DNA from: Patescibacteria group bacterium | GTDB taxonomy: Bacteria > Patescibacteriota > Patescibacteriia > Patescibacteriales > GWC2-42-12 | DNA length: 63,877 nucleotides | NCBI GenBank assembly: GCA_028707005.1 | Contig: JAQTVB010000003.1 | Location: 1-63,877 of the forward strand | Reading direction: 5' to 3' | Shown here: positions 1 through 7,364 of the stretch, piece by piece | How the letters are laid out: the number at the start of each line of letters is the position of its first letter | How positions within the stretch are numbered: position 1 is the first letter of the stretch | The notes under the pieces: generated by a model | What the model was told of the DNA's origin: nothing | The model's database searches: none | The model's input: only the letters and a program-made list of their open reading frames with translations | Made by a program: the position numbers and the translations under genes

Positions 1-588
1 GCGGCGCAGAAGCCGCTTTTGCATGTTATTTTGGTCATCGCGGCCATGTGGTTTATGTTATTTCTCGCTTATCCCAATCTGGTGATGACGCGGCTTTACG
101 CCAACGGCCGCCTGGAAAATAAATCGGCCAGTGAAAGAATGGCTTCCCTAAAAAATTCCTGGCCGATCATCAAAGAGCATTGGCTCGGCGGAGTCGGCAT
201 GGGTAATTACACTCTGGCGCTGCGTCATGAGCTTAAACAAAATGAACAGAGCTATTATTATCAGCCGATACATAATGTTTGGCTGTTGGTTTTAGCGGAG
301 ACAGGTGTGTTAGGCTTGGCGGTTTTTTTAGGAATTTTAGTATATCTGATAATTTTTAATTTTAAATTTCTAATTTCTGAGAAAATGCCCAATGCTCAAT
401 ATCCAATGTCCAAATTATTTTTGGGAGTTGGGAAGTCTGGCGATGGAACCAGCGCGCTGATCAACCTGGCCAATTTAGCAGTGATCATAGTAATCATGTG
501 CTTTGATCATTGGCTATGGAGCTTGCATTTCGGCGTCTTGTTCTTTTGGCTGATTTTGGGTCTGGCTAAAGTTTACAGCAAGGCCTAA
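1..588 (+). CDS. O-antigen ligase (Wzy_C)-like membrane protein, C-terminal part; 5' end lies outside the window
   Basis: Frame 1 is open from base 1. The product is multi-TM and carries ...YYYQPIHNVWLLVLAETGVLGL..., typical of the O-antigen ligase family. Confidence 0.5.
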   Translation, partial: AAQKPLLHVILVIAAMWFMLFLAYPNLVMTRLYANGRLENKSASERMASLKNSWPIIKEHWLGGVGMGNYTLALRHELKQNEQSYYYQPIHNVWLLVLAETGVLGLAVFLGILVYLIIFNFKFLISEKMPNAQYPMSKLFLGVGKSGDGTSALINLANLAVIIVIMCFDHWLWSLHFGVLFFWLILGLAKVYSKA

Positions 589-666
589 AAGTTGTATAAT
601 TTTTATGAGATCAGGCTTGCTAAAGCTCGGTTTTTAGTCTCTAATTTTTTAAAATAAATCATCAAA

Positions 667-2097
667 ATGGAAACTGATACTCAAAAGGCGCTTCCCGGAT
701 CGGCGGCTGAAGGAACCGCTGCCGCGGTCCAGGCTAAAACCTCGCCGGAAGTTCAGGTTAAACCCAATGTCGTCATTAAAGGCCTGGATGTGATATACAA
801 CCAAGGCAAGACCAATGAGGTAAGGTCGCTGGAGGGTATTAATTTGGAAATTTTTCCCCAGGAATACGTGATAATTTACGGGCCTTCGGGTTGCGGCAAG
901 TCAACTTTGTTGTATTCAATCGCCGGCCTGCAGCAACCGACCCATGGCACGGTAGTGGTCGACCAGCAAGACATCAATAATTATGGCAAAAAGGAAATTG
1001 CTCAATTCCACCGTCAAACCATCGGCATGATTTTTCAGTCATTTTATTTAATCGGCACTTTGAACGTTCTGGAAAACGTTTGCTTGCCCAAGACTTTTGC
1101 CGGAAAAATAGTCAGAGAGATTAGAGAGGAGGCCATGAAACTCCTGGATCGCTATCATATTTCCAATCAAGCCTATAAATTCCCTTCGGAGCTTTCCGGC
1201 GGCCAAAAGCAGCGCGTTGCCGTGGCCAGATCGTTGATTAACAATCCGGATATTATTTTAGCCGACGAGCCGGTCGGCAATCTTGATTCCAAATCGGCGC
1301 ACGTGGTAATGACGATGTTTCGGGAGCTTAACGAAGTGGAAAAAAAGACCATAATTTTGGTGACCCACGATCCGAGCCATCTGCAGAGCGGAGACAAGAT
1401 CGTCCACATGGTTGACGGCAAGATAGTAAGGATAGAATTAAAAGGAAAAAGAGATCCGGACGTGGACAGCTATATTTTCCGAGAGGGCAGAGTAAGAGAA
1501 GATATGACCCAGGGAGCGTATTTAACCAGAGAGTATATCCCGACCAATCTTAGGCTGTTGATGCAGTCTTTCAAAGGCATGACCTCTGATCGGGTCGGCA
1601 ATTTGCTCGTGCCTTTTAAGGCGCAGCAGCTTTTTTCTCACTTGTTTTTTACCATGACCAATGACCAGATTGAAAAGGCCATGAAAAAGTTAGAGAATTT
1701 TTTGTATTTTAAGGATAATTTTCATGACTTTTTCAAAGAATTGGACCTGCCGATAGAAGAAGGCGGAGCCGGCTGGGATAAGCGCTTGGCCAAGAGGTTT
1801 TCCGACAACGTGAAACAGCTGGTTTATCAGTCCGGAAAGATAAATTTTTCCGATAAAAACGCCAGCGCTCGCGATTTGGCCGATTACGTTAATTCCCGGC
1901 TGGAATTAAAATTTGATCAGGCGACTTTAGGCAAATTGTCTGGGATAATTTTGGACAGATTGGGCAATTATATCGGCAGAGACGAGTTTAGAAAATTGCT
2001 TGATAAGCCGGTTAAGGAGCATGGTCTGGGCTTTGACAAGAGAGTGGCGGAAAAGATCGCTAAAGAAATAGAATTGCTGCTGTTATTGCGGTACTAG
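667..2097 (+). CDS. ABC transporter ATP-binding protein (MacB/LolD-type) with a ~220-aa C-terminal extension
   Basis: Walker A GPSGCGKST, signature LSGGQKQR and Walker B IILADEP are present, with H-loop VTHD. An FtsX-type permease gene follows. Confidence 0.85.
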   Translation: METDTQKALPGSAAEGTAAAVQAKTSPEVQVKPNVVIKGLDVIYNQGKTNEVRSLEGINLEIFPQEYVIIYGPSGCGKSTLLYSIAGLQQPTHGTVVVDQQDINNYGKKEIAQFHRQTIGMIFQSFYLIGTLNVLENVCLPKTFAGKIVREIREEAMKLLDRYHISNQAYKFPSELSGGQKQRVAVARSLINNPDIILADEPVGNLDSKSAHVVMTMFRELNEVEKKTIILVTHDPSHLQSGDKIVHMVDGKIVRIELKGKRDPDVDSYIFREGRVREDMTQGAYLTREYIPTNLRLLMQSFKGMTSDRVGNLLVPFKAQQLFSHLFFTMTNDQIEKAMKKLENFLYFKDNFHDFFKELDLPIEEGGAGWDKRLAKRFSDNVKQLVYQSGKINFSDKNASARDLADYVNSRLELKFDQATLGKLSGIILDRLGNYIGRDEFRKLLDKPVKEHGLGFDKRVAEKIAKEIELLLLLRY

Positions 2098-2261
2098 AAG
2101 CCTGATCGGAATATTTCAGGGCAGAGTCTTATGGACATGATGGGTAAAAATTTTTAATTTTATAATTTTTACATAATATTTTATTTTTCATTAACCAAAG
2201 ATAATTCAACTCTCGCGGTTCGCGTTTTATTAAACATTATAAAATTTAAAATTTTTCTGCT

Positions 2262-3431
2262 ATGGGCTTTTGGAATTTATTAAAATTTTCCACCAGAATG
2301 TTCAAGGCTCGGACCTCCAGAACGCTTTTGACTATTTTAGGCATGGGTGTGGGCATTGCCGCGATTTTGTTTTTGGTGGCTTTGGGGTTCGGCGTCCAAA
2401 GGACGCTTTTAGAAACCATTACCACGGCTGATTCTTTGCTTACCGTAGACGCTTATCCCGGAGGATCGGCCTCGGCTATCAGCCAAACGGACGTCGCGGC
2501 AATCAACAAAATTTCGGGTGTGGATGTGATCAGCCCGGTTTTTGCAACTGCCGGCCAGATGAAGTTCGGCGGCTTGGTGGCCGAAGTCAAAATCATGGCG
2601 GTTGATGAAAAATTTTTAGATTTGGAAGGCTTGCCCGTGCAGGCGGGCAAGAAGATCAGCGGTGACGCCGGCGGCGCGGTTATTTCCGGCGCGCTTTTAA
2701 AAGTTTTTGAAAAAACTTCGGCTGAAATGCTGGGCGAGAATTTTAAGGTTTCTTTAACCGCGGGCGGAAACGTTGCGGCGCCGAGCGAGCTGGATTATAA
2801 AGTGAGCGGCGTGGTTGATAAAAAGGATATGATCGTTTATGTCAATAAAAAATCTTTGGATAGTTTTTTCCCGGTTTCGGAGTATAGCAAGCTCAAGGTC
2901 AAAAGCTCGTCCAGCAGGCAGATGGCGGGGGTAAGAAATAGTCTAACTAACAGCGGCTTCATTGTTTCCGCCTTAACCGACGTGATTGATCAGGTGGAAA
3001 AAACTTTTAGAATCATCAGGATTATTCTCGGCTTTTTCGGCACGATCGCCTTAATCGTAAGCGCTATTGGCATGTTCAACACCATGGTGGTGACGCTCTT
3101 GGAAAGAACTCAAGAAATCGGCATCATGAAATCAATCGGCGCGTCAGACTATGATATTCTTTGGATGTTTGTTTTTGAATCAACCATCATGGGTTTTCTG
3201 GGCGGAATTATCGGTCTGGCGCTCGGCTATGCCGGCGGCGTTATTTTTAACACGATCTTTAATCTGCTCGCTCGGAGTATGGGCGGATATGCCGTCTCGC
3301 TTTTCTACTTTCCGATTTGGTTTCTGGTTTTTATTTTGGCGGTGGCCACGCTGTTGGGATTTTTTACCGGTTTGATTCCGGCCAGAAAAGCCAGCAATAC
3401 TGATCCGCTGGAAGCGTTAAGATACAAGTAA
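2262..3431 (+). CDS. ABC transporter permease, FtsX/MacB-like
   Basis: N-terminal TM, a large extracytoplasmic domain, then a 3-TM FtsX-type C-terminus (..ERTQEIGIMKSIGAS..PARKASNTDPLEALRY). It is adjacent to the ABC ATPase. Confidence 0.8.
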   Translation: MGFWNLLKFSTRMFKARTSRTLLTILGMGVGIAAILFLVALGFGVQRTLLETITTADSLLTVDAYPGGSASAISQTDVAAINKISGVDVISPVFATAGQMKFGGLVAEVKIMAVDEKFLDLEGLPVQAGKKISGDAGGAVISGALLKVFEKTSAEMLGENFKVSLTAGGNVAAPSELDYKVSGVVDKKDMIVYVNKKSLDSFFPVSEYSKLKVKSSSSRQMAGVRNSLTNSGFIVSALTDVIDQVEKTFRIIRIILGFFGTIALIVSAIGMFNTMVVTLLERTQEIGIMKSIGASDYDILWMFVFESTIMGFLGGIIGLALGYAGGVIFNTIFNLLARSMGGYAVSLFYFPIWFLVFILAVATLLGFFTGLIPARKASNTDPLEALRYK

Positions 3432-3575
3432 AGAAAATTTTTAATTTTTAATTTTATAATTTTTAATAAAATGCGCAGGGTATAAGTTTAAAGGGCTGCA
3501 TGATATTTAGTTATTAAAAATTAAGATATTATTTAAAAATTATAAAATTAAAAATTAAAAATTGTTTAAATTACT

Positions 3576-4355
3576 ATGCCTTTAGATGATAGTCAACCGG
3601 CGCCATCAGGCAATCAGGCGACCAAGCCGGCCAACAATCAAACCGCGCCTCCTAACAGCGAAGTTCAATCCAAGGCGGCCGCGCCGGCGGTAAAAAAAAT
3701 CAGCGGAAAACGGATTATAATCTGGACGATTATTATCCTGCTTGTTGCGCTGGCTTTGTATTTTCTGTTTAAGTTTTTTTTGTCTCCGAAAGCGGACGAT
3801 TATGGAGCGGCGGTGGACGTAAATCAGCAGGCTAAAACCATTGAAACCAGTAAGGACCTTGGCCCGGAGACTGCGGCTCCCGCCATAATTCAAAGGGCTC
3901 AAGCCGTTGCTTCAAGCGAAAATTTTGATTTGATGCAGATCAGCCTTGAGGGATCAGGAACTAATGTTTTTGATTTTGAGGAAAACAACATCCTGGAGCT
4001 AAGCGACGTGGCCAGCGAGCTCTATACCGTCAAGCAAGGCGAGGGCAACGAAATCAGGGCGGTAATCAGCTGCCGGACGAATAAGCGCGCTTATGTTGAA
4101 GTGGAATATTTGCAAAGCGGGGAGAAAGATAAAAAAACAGTAAAAGACGATTATTTTGGTTTTGGCCATACGGTGGTTTTACCCGAACTTAATCCCGACT
4201 CGGTCTATAAATATTCAATTCGCGCCACGGACACCAGTCAAGCCGTGGTATATTCCGAGCAGTTTGTCTTTTATACCGGTGCCGGCAATATTTCTTTGGT
4301 GGACATTTTGGAAAATGCCGTGCAGAAAGTCTTCGGCTGGGCCGTGGGAAAATAA
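3576..4355 (+). CDS. Hypothetical membrane-anchored protein (one TM, beta-rich C-terminal domain)
   Basis: Long ORF with a low-complexity N-terminus, the TM segment IIIWTIIILLVALALYFLF, and an FN3-like C-terminal pattern. No specific family recognised. Confidence 0.45.
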   Translation: MPLDDSQPAPSGNQATKPANNQTAPPNSEVQSKAAAPAVKKISGKRIIIWTIIILLVALALYFLFKFFLSPKADDYGAAVDVNQQAKTIETSKDLGPETAAPAIIQRAQAVASSENFDLMQISLEGSGTNVFDFEENNILELSDVASELYTVKQGEGNEIRAVISCRTNKRAYVEVEYLQSGEKDKKTVKDDYFGFGHTVVLPELNPDSVYKYSIRATDTSQAVVYSEQFVFYTGAGNISLVDILENAVQKVFGWAVGK

Positions 4356-4356
4356 A

Positions 4357-4396
4357 TAAAAAAAGAGGCGCTGGAAGATTGGTGATCCCCAGCGCC
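4357..4396 (-). terminator. Intrinsic terminator of the minus-strand small gene
   Basis: GGCGCTGG (4367-4374) pairs with CCAGCGCC (4389-4396). The A-run 4357-4364 is a T-run on the minus strand. Confidence 0.6.
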
Positions 4397-4417
4397 GATG
4401 TCTCTCCGTCGTTCTGG

Positions 4418-4666
4418 TTAGCAGGCGTAGCATGCCCAGAGAACGAAGAGAACCAGATTGATTCCCATTAAGGCAATGGCGGTGAACCGAACCGCTGCCG
4501 GTAATCCTCGCCAAAAATTGGCGAGTTCGAGAGGAAAAAGCGGTTTCCGAGCTTGAGGCTCGAACCATCCCTGGAAGAGAGGATCGGGATGAAGTGTCCC
4601 AAATCCTTGTTGCGCCCAACCATCTTTACTTTGTCGGGCGCGGCGAAAACCAAACTTAGTTTTCAT
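4418..4666 (-). CDS. Small hypothetical protein (82 aa) with a C-terminal TM ending CYAC (island A)
   Basis: ORF taken from the internal Met (MKTKFGFRR...), sitting between a consensus promoter and a terminator. C-terminal hydrophobic segment AIALMGINLVLFVLWACYAC. Confidence 0.4.
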   Translation of the reverse strand: MKTKFGFRRARQSKDGWAQQGFGTLHPDPLFQGWFEPQARKPLFPLELANFWRGLPAAVRFTAIALMGINLVLFVLWACYAC

Positions 4667-4707
4667 TTTTTTGTTTTTTATTTGTTGTGTTACAGCCATT
4701 GAAAAAT

Positions 4708-4736
4708 ATAATACCATACTTGTTATTTAATGTCAA
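4708..4736 (-). promoter_or_regulatory. Sigma-70-type promoter, TTGACA-N17-TATTAT
   Basis: The minus strand reads TTGACA (4736-4731), a 17-nt spacer, then TATTAT (4713-4708). It lies ~40 nt upstream of the ATG at 4666. Confidence 0.6.
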
Positions 4737-4887
4737 GGGTGAATATGTGAGTGAATTTTGCTTCAGATTCTCCTCGCCAGAAATCTTTGATTCGCCGCTA
4801 ACCTATCTTAAAAAATCAATTTAGCTTGTTCCAACTTGTAATGATTGCCCTTCGTGAGCATGCGGGGATTATATAACTTTTTCCGCC

Positions 4888-4916
4888 TTGCTTTTTTTCT
4901 GGTTTCGGAGTAATTT
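4888..4916 (+). promoter_or_regulatory. Cassette promoter module copy A1, TTGCTT-N17-TAATTT
   Basis: About 45 nt (4883-4925) are near-identical to 5746-5790. The -35 and -10 spacing was read directly from the sequence. Confidence 0.5.
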
Positions 4917-5049
4917 AGGCATATCAAAAGGGATTAAACAACCACCCTTAGAAATGGAGGTGCTTACGAACTTTTTAACAATCAGGCGTAGAGGGCTTTT
5001 CGCTTTAAAGCACGAGCAGGTGCCTAGGCTTTTAAAGCTTAAGGAGATC

Positions 5050-5649
5050 ATGCACTTTGCCAGGATTCTGGCGAAGATGTTGGCCGAACAGGGGGTTTTG
5101 GGCCGAAAATTCGGTTCATCAGTTTTGCCGGCGAGGGAAGAGGATAGTAGCGGCTTGCTCATCGCGCAAGTCTTGCTCGGGTTGCCAAACATGCGGCGCG
5201 TTGTGGCGCAACAACTGGTGCGGCGCTTGGAAGAAGCGGGCATGTTCCAGCCAGATTATGTAGCCGGCTTTGACCACGGAGTCAAACTGGCTGAAGCAGT
5301 AGCGCTGATTCTTGGCGCGCAATTCGTGCGCCTGGAAATGGTTAACGGCCATTTTGAGCTTAAAGGCAGAAGAATGCTTCAGTCCGGTGGCAAGGTATTG
5401 CTGGTCGGAGACTATTGCGACCGGGCAAGTTTTTCCGAGCTGGCGCAAGCAGCGGCCGTGATCAAGCGGGCCGGAGGCGGGGTTCTGCCTTTTTATCCGG
5501 TTGTTTTCAATAACGGCGTCGTGCTGTTCGGGACTTTGGAAATTGGCGGACCCTTTCGGGTTATTGAGCTATTGAAGCCGAGGTCTGAAGTCAAACGCCT
5601 GGAGCAAGAAATTGCCCGCCTGGCGCGGAGGCAAGCAACTGGGTCTTAG
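5050..5649 (+). CDS. Type-I phosphoribosyltransferase-fold protein with a degenerate PRPP loop (island A)
   Basis: DYVAGFDHGVKLAEAVALILGAQFVRLE...GGKVLLVGDYCDRASFSELAQAAAVIKRAGG follows the PRTase layout, but VLLVDDVxTTGxT is replaced by VLLVGDYCDRASF. Start chosen after AAGGAG (5041-5046); ATG 4954 is an alternative. Confidence 0.5.
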   Translation: MHFARILAKMLAEQGVLGRKFGSSVLPAREEDSSGLLIAQVLLGLPNMRRVVAQQLVRRLEEAGMFQPDYVAGFDHGVKLAEAVALILGAQFVRLEMVNGHFELKGRRMLQSGGKVLLVGDYCDRASFSELAQAAAVIKRAGGGVLPFYPVVFNNGVVLFGTLEIGGPFRVIELLKPRSEVKRLEQEIARLARRQATGS

Positions 5650-5683
5650 CCAGTTAAGTATAGTTCGCTACCAGCAGATTTCA

Positions 5684-5722
5684 AGCGGCCAGATCTTCGC
5701 AGATCCGGGCCGCTCTTTTTTT
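5684..5722 (+). terminator. Intrinsic terminator after the PRTase-like gene
   Basis: Imperfect GC stem AGCGGCCAGATC / GATCCGGGCCGCT followed by TCTTTTTTT. Confidence 0.6.
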
Positions 5723-5750
5723 AAGGCTGATTCAAGCGAATAAATCAGCC

Positions 5751-5779
5751 TTGCTTTTTTTCTAATTTTGGAGTAATTT
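5751..5779 (+). promoter_or_regulatory. Cassette promoter module copy A2, TTGCTT-N17-TAATTT
   Basis: Preceded by a 10-bp hairpin (AAGGCTGATT 5723-5732 / AATCAGCCTT 5743-5752). Near-identical to 4883-4925. Confidence 0.5.
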
Positions 5780-5793
5780 AGGCTTAGAAAACC

Positions 5794-5852
5794 AAGGAGG
5801 CTGGGAGTTAACCCAGAATGTCCTTTAAACAAACAACAGCGGGAGATTAACA
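5794..5852 (+). promoter_or_regulatory. Conserved 5' leader: AAGGAGG + hairpin + CCTTTAAA, ~59 nt before the ATG
   Basis: AAGGAGG at 5794-5800; stem CTGGG / CCCAG (5801-5816); outer GGA / TCC pairing. Same layout as the leaders at 34296 and 55124. Confidence 0.4.
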
Positions 5853-6386
5853 ATGAAAAAGCAACATAAACTGCCGCCAATCAAATTGGTGGTCAACGGT
5901 TTGTTTGAGGCCGCGGCGATTGACGCGGTTGAGCTAGCACTCCACGATCCGCATTTTCAGCTAGTGCCATTGTCCTGGACTAGACCGTCAACTGTGTTCA
6001 GAAGTTTACAAATTGACGATCAACGGATCGTTTTATATAAACCAAGCCAGCTAATGAGAGCAGTTCGCCTTGCCAAATTTTTCAGGCTGGCTGAAAGTGC
6101 CATTTGCCTGGATTTTTGCGGGCCAGGCACGGCGCGCCACCACGCTTCGCTCTACGCCGCCAACGGTCTGGCTTTCGTCATGGGCAGTGAGATCCCGGAA
6201 GCTGACCAAGTGGCGTTTGAGCAAATCGTCAACTCGTCCAACAGGCCGGCCGTAGTGGCGCCGCAGATCAGCGCCAGAAACGCCTTGAACGCGGCGGCCT
6301 TTCTTTGGAGAGAAGTTCAAGCCGATCAAGGCAGGGGGCATATTTTTTGCCTGGAAGACGTCTTAAGGGAAGGGGGCGGTTCATGA
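5853..6386 (+). CDS. DapB N-terminal-domain-like protein lacking the GxGxxG and catalytic C-terminal motifs (island A)
   Basis: By hand alignment, IKLVVNGLFEAAAID..., AICLDFCGPGTARHHASLYAANGLAFVMGSE and PAVVAPQISARNALNAAAF match E. coli DapB IRVAIAGAGGRMG..., DVFIDFTRPEG...GMVIGTTG and IVFAANFSVGVN. The product is only 177 aa. Confidence 0.4.
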   Translation: MKKQHKLPPIKLVVNGLFEAAAIDAVELALHDPHFQLVPLSWTRPSTVFRSLQIDDQRIVLYKPSQLMRAVRLAKFFRLAESAICLDFCGPGTARHHASLYAANGLAFVMGSEIPEADQVAFEQIVNSSNRPAVVAPQISARNALNAAAFLWREVQADQGRGHIFCLEDVLREGGGS

Positions 6387-6517
6387 TGACAAGAACAATT
6401 GATGGAGGAAAAGTTTATGCTGTCCGGCGGCCAGAGCCATTAAGCCAGGCAATGCCCGGGCGCGCGGAATCAGTTTCCTGATCACATCCGGTCGGCATAT
6501 TGTCGACCGAAACCAAG

Positions 6518-6565
6518 GACGTTTGCTCTAACTTTCAGTTAGGGGTGAGCAAACGTCTTTTTTTT
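6518..6565 (+). terminator. Strong intrinsic terminator closing island A
   Basis: 11-bp stem GACGTTTGCTC (6518-6528) / GAGCAAACGTC (6547-6557) followed by T8. Confidence 0.75.
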
Positions 6566-6600
6566 ACAAAAAAGCCGTAAAATGATAAAGTGTAAATAGT

Positions 6601-7287
6601 ATGAAAAATACCACCTACATTATCTCCATCGGCGGTTCGCTGATTGCGCCTCAAGAGGGCGTGGATTGGCATTTTTTGCAAGAGTTCCGCGCTTTGATTT
6701 TAAAAAAAATCAAGCAGGGGCATAAGTTTTTTTTGATTGCCGGCGGCGGTAAAACCGCCAGGAATTATGTGGCCGCGGCCGAACGGGTGGTGAAAATTGC
6801 AAGTGATGATTTAGACTGGCTAGGCATCCATGCCACCAGATTGAATGCCCACCTGTTGCGCACGATTTTTCGCGATCAGGCCAATCCGGAGATTATTACT
6901 AATCCGACTTTCCGGCTGTTTAGCGACAAGCAGATCATGGTGGCAGCCGGCTGGAAGCCGGGCTGGTCGACCGATTATGTGGCGGCCAGGCTGGCCGAGG
7001 AATATGGCGCAAAAACCATCATCAACCTCTCCAATATTGATTATGTTTATGATAAAGATCCGAATAAGCATCGCGACGCCAAAATAAAAACCAAAATGAA
7101 CTGGCCGGAATTCAGGAAGCTGGTCGGCAATAAGTGGTCGCCCGCGCTTAACGCGCCGTTTGATCCGGTGGCGGCTAAAAAGTCCCAGGAGCTTAAGTTG
7201 GAAGTGGTGATTATGAATGGTAAAAATATCAAGAATTTGCAAAATTATTTGGAGAATAAGAAGTTTATCGGCACAGTGATAAAATGA
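6601..7287 (+). CDS. pyrH: UMP kinase (archaeal/short type, amino-acid-kinase fold)
   Basis: 228 aa with YIISIGGSLIAP...FLIAGGGKTARNYV...AAGWKPGWSTDYVAA, a pattern typical of short-type uridylate kinases. Confidence 0.65.
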   Translation: MKNTTYIISIGGSLIAPQEGVDWHFLQEFRALILKKIKQGHKFFLIAGGGKTARNYVAAAERVVKIASDDLDWLGIHATRLNAHLLRTIFRDQANPEIITNPTFRLFSDKQIMVAAGWKPGWSTDYVAARLAEEYGAKTIINLSNIDYVYDKDPNKHRDAKIKTKMNWPEFRKLVGNKWSPALNAPFDPVAAKKSQELKLEVVIMNGKNIKNLQNYLENKKFIGTVIK

Positions 7288-7351
7288 ATTAACAATTAAA
7301 AATTACGAATTACGAATTACCAATTACCAATTACCAATTACTAATTAATTC
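7288..7351. repeat. AT-rich word-repeat spacer (AATTACGAAT / CCAATTAC words)
   Basis: aattaaaaattacgaattacgaattaccaattaccaattaccaattactaattaatt, read directly. Confidence 0.9.
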
Positions 7352-7364
7352 ATAAATCAAAAAT

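Noticed and set aside
4907-4920. A GG-N10-GC reading of the conserved cassette module as a sigma-54 promoter: CGGAGTAATTTAGGC at 4906-4920, TGGAGTAATTTAGGC at 5769-5783, CGGCTGATTTTAGGC at 34201-34215, and 35030-35044.
   Set aside because: The spacing fits, but the -12 region reads AGGC rather than TTGC and the -24 region lacks GGCAC. GG-N10-GC alone occurs about once per 256 nt by chance. The same sequences read well as sigma-70 TTGCTT/TTGACT-N17-TAATTT promoters. I keep it only as a remote possibility.
4888-5049. Longer starts (4888 or ATG 4954) for the PRTase-like ORF.
   Set aside because: 4888 is the TTG of the predicted -35 hexamer. ATG 4954 is part of the ATGGAGG motif that is homologous to the AAGGAGG leader element of the other cassettes. 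ATG 5050 follows AAGGAG. The start remains uncertain.
7288-7351. The periodic short repeats in spacers as CRISPR arrays.
   Set aside because: The period is 10-14 nt with no unique spacers, and the words are often arranged as inverted halves. There are no cas genes in the window.
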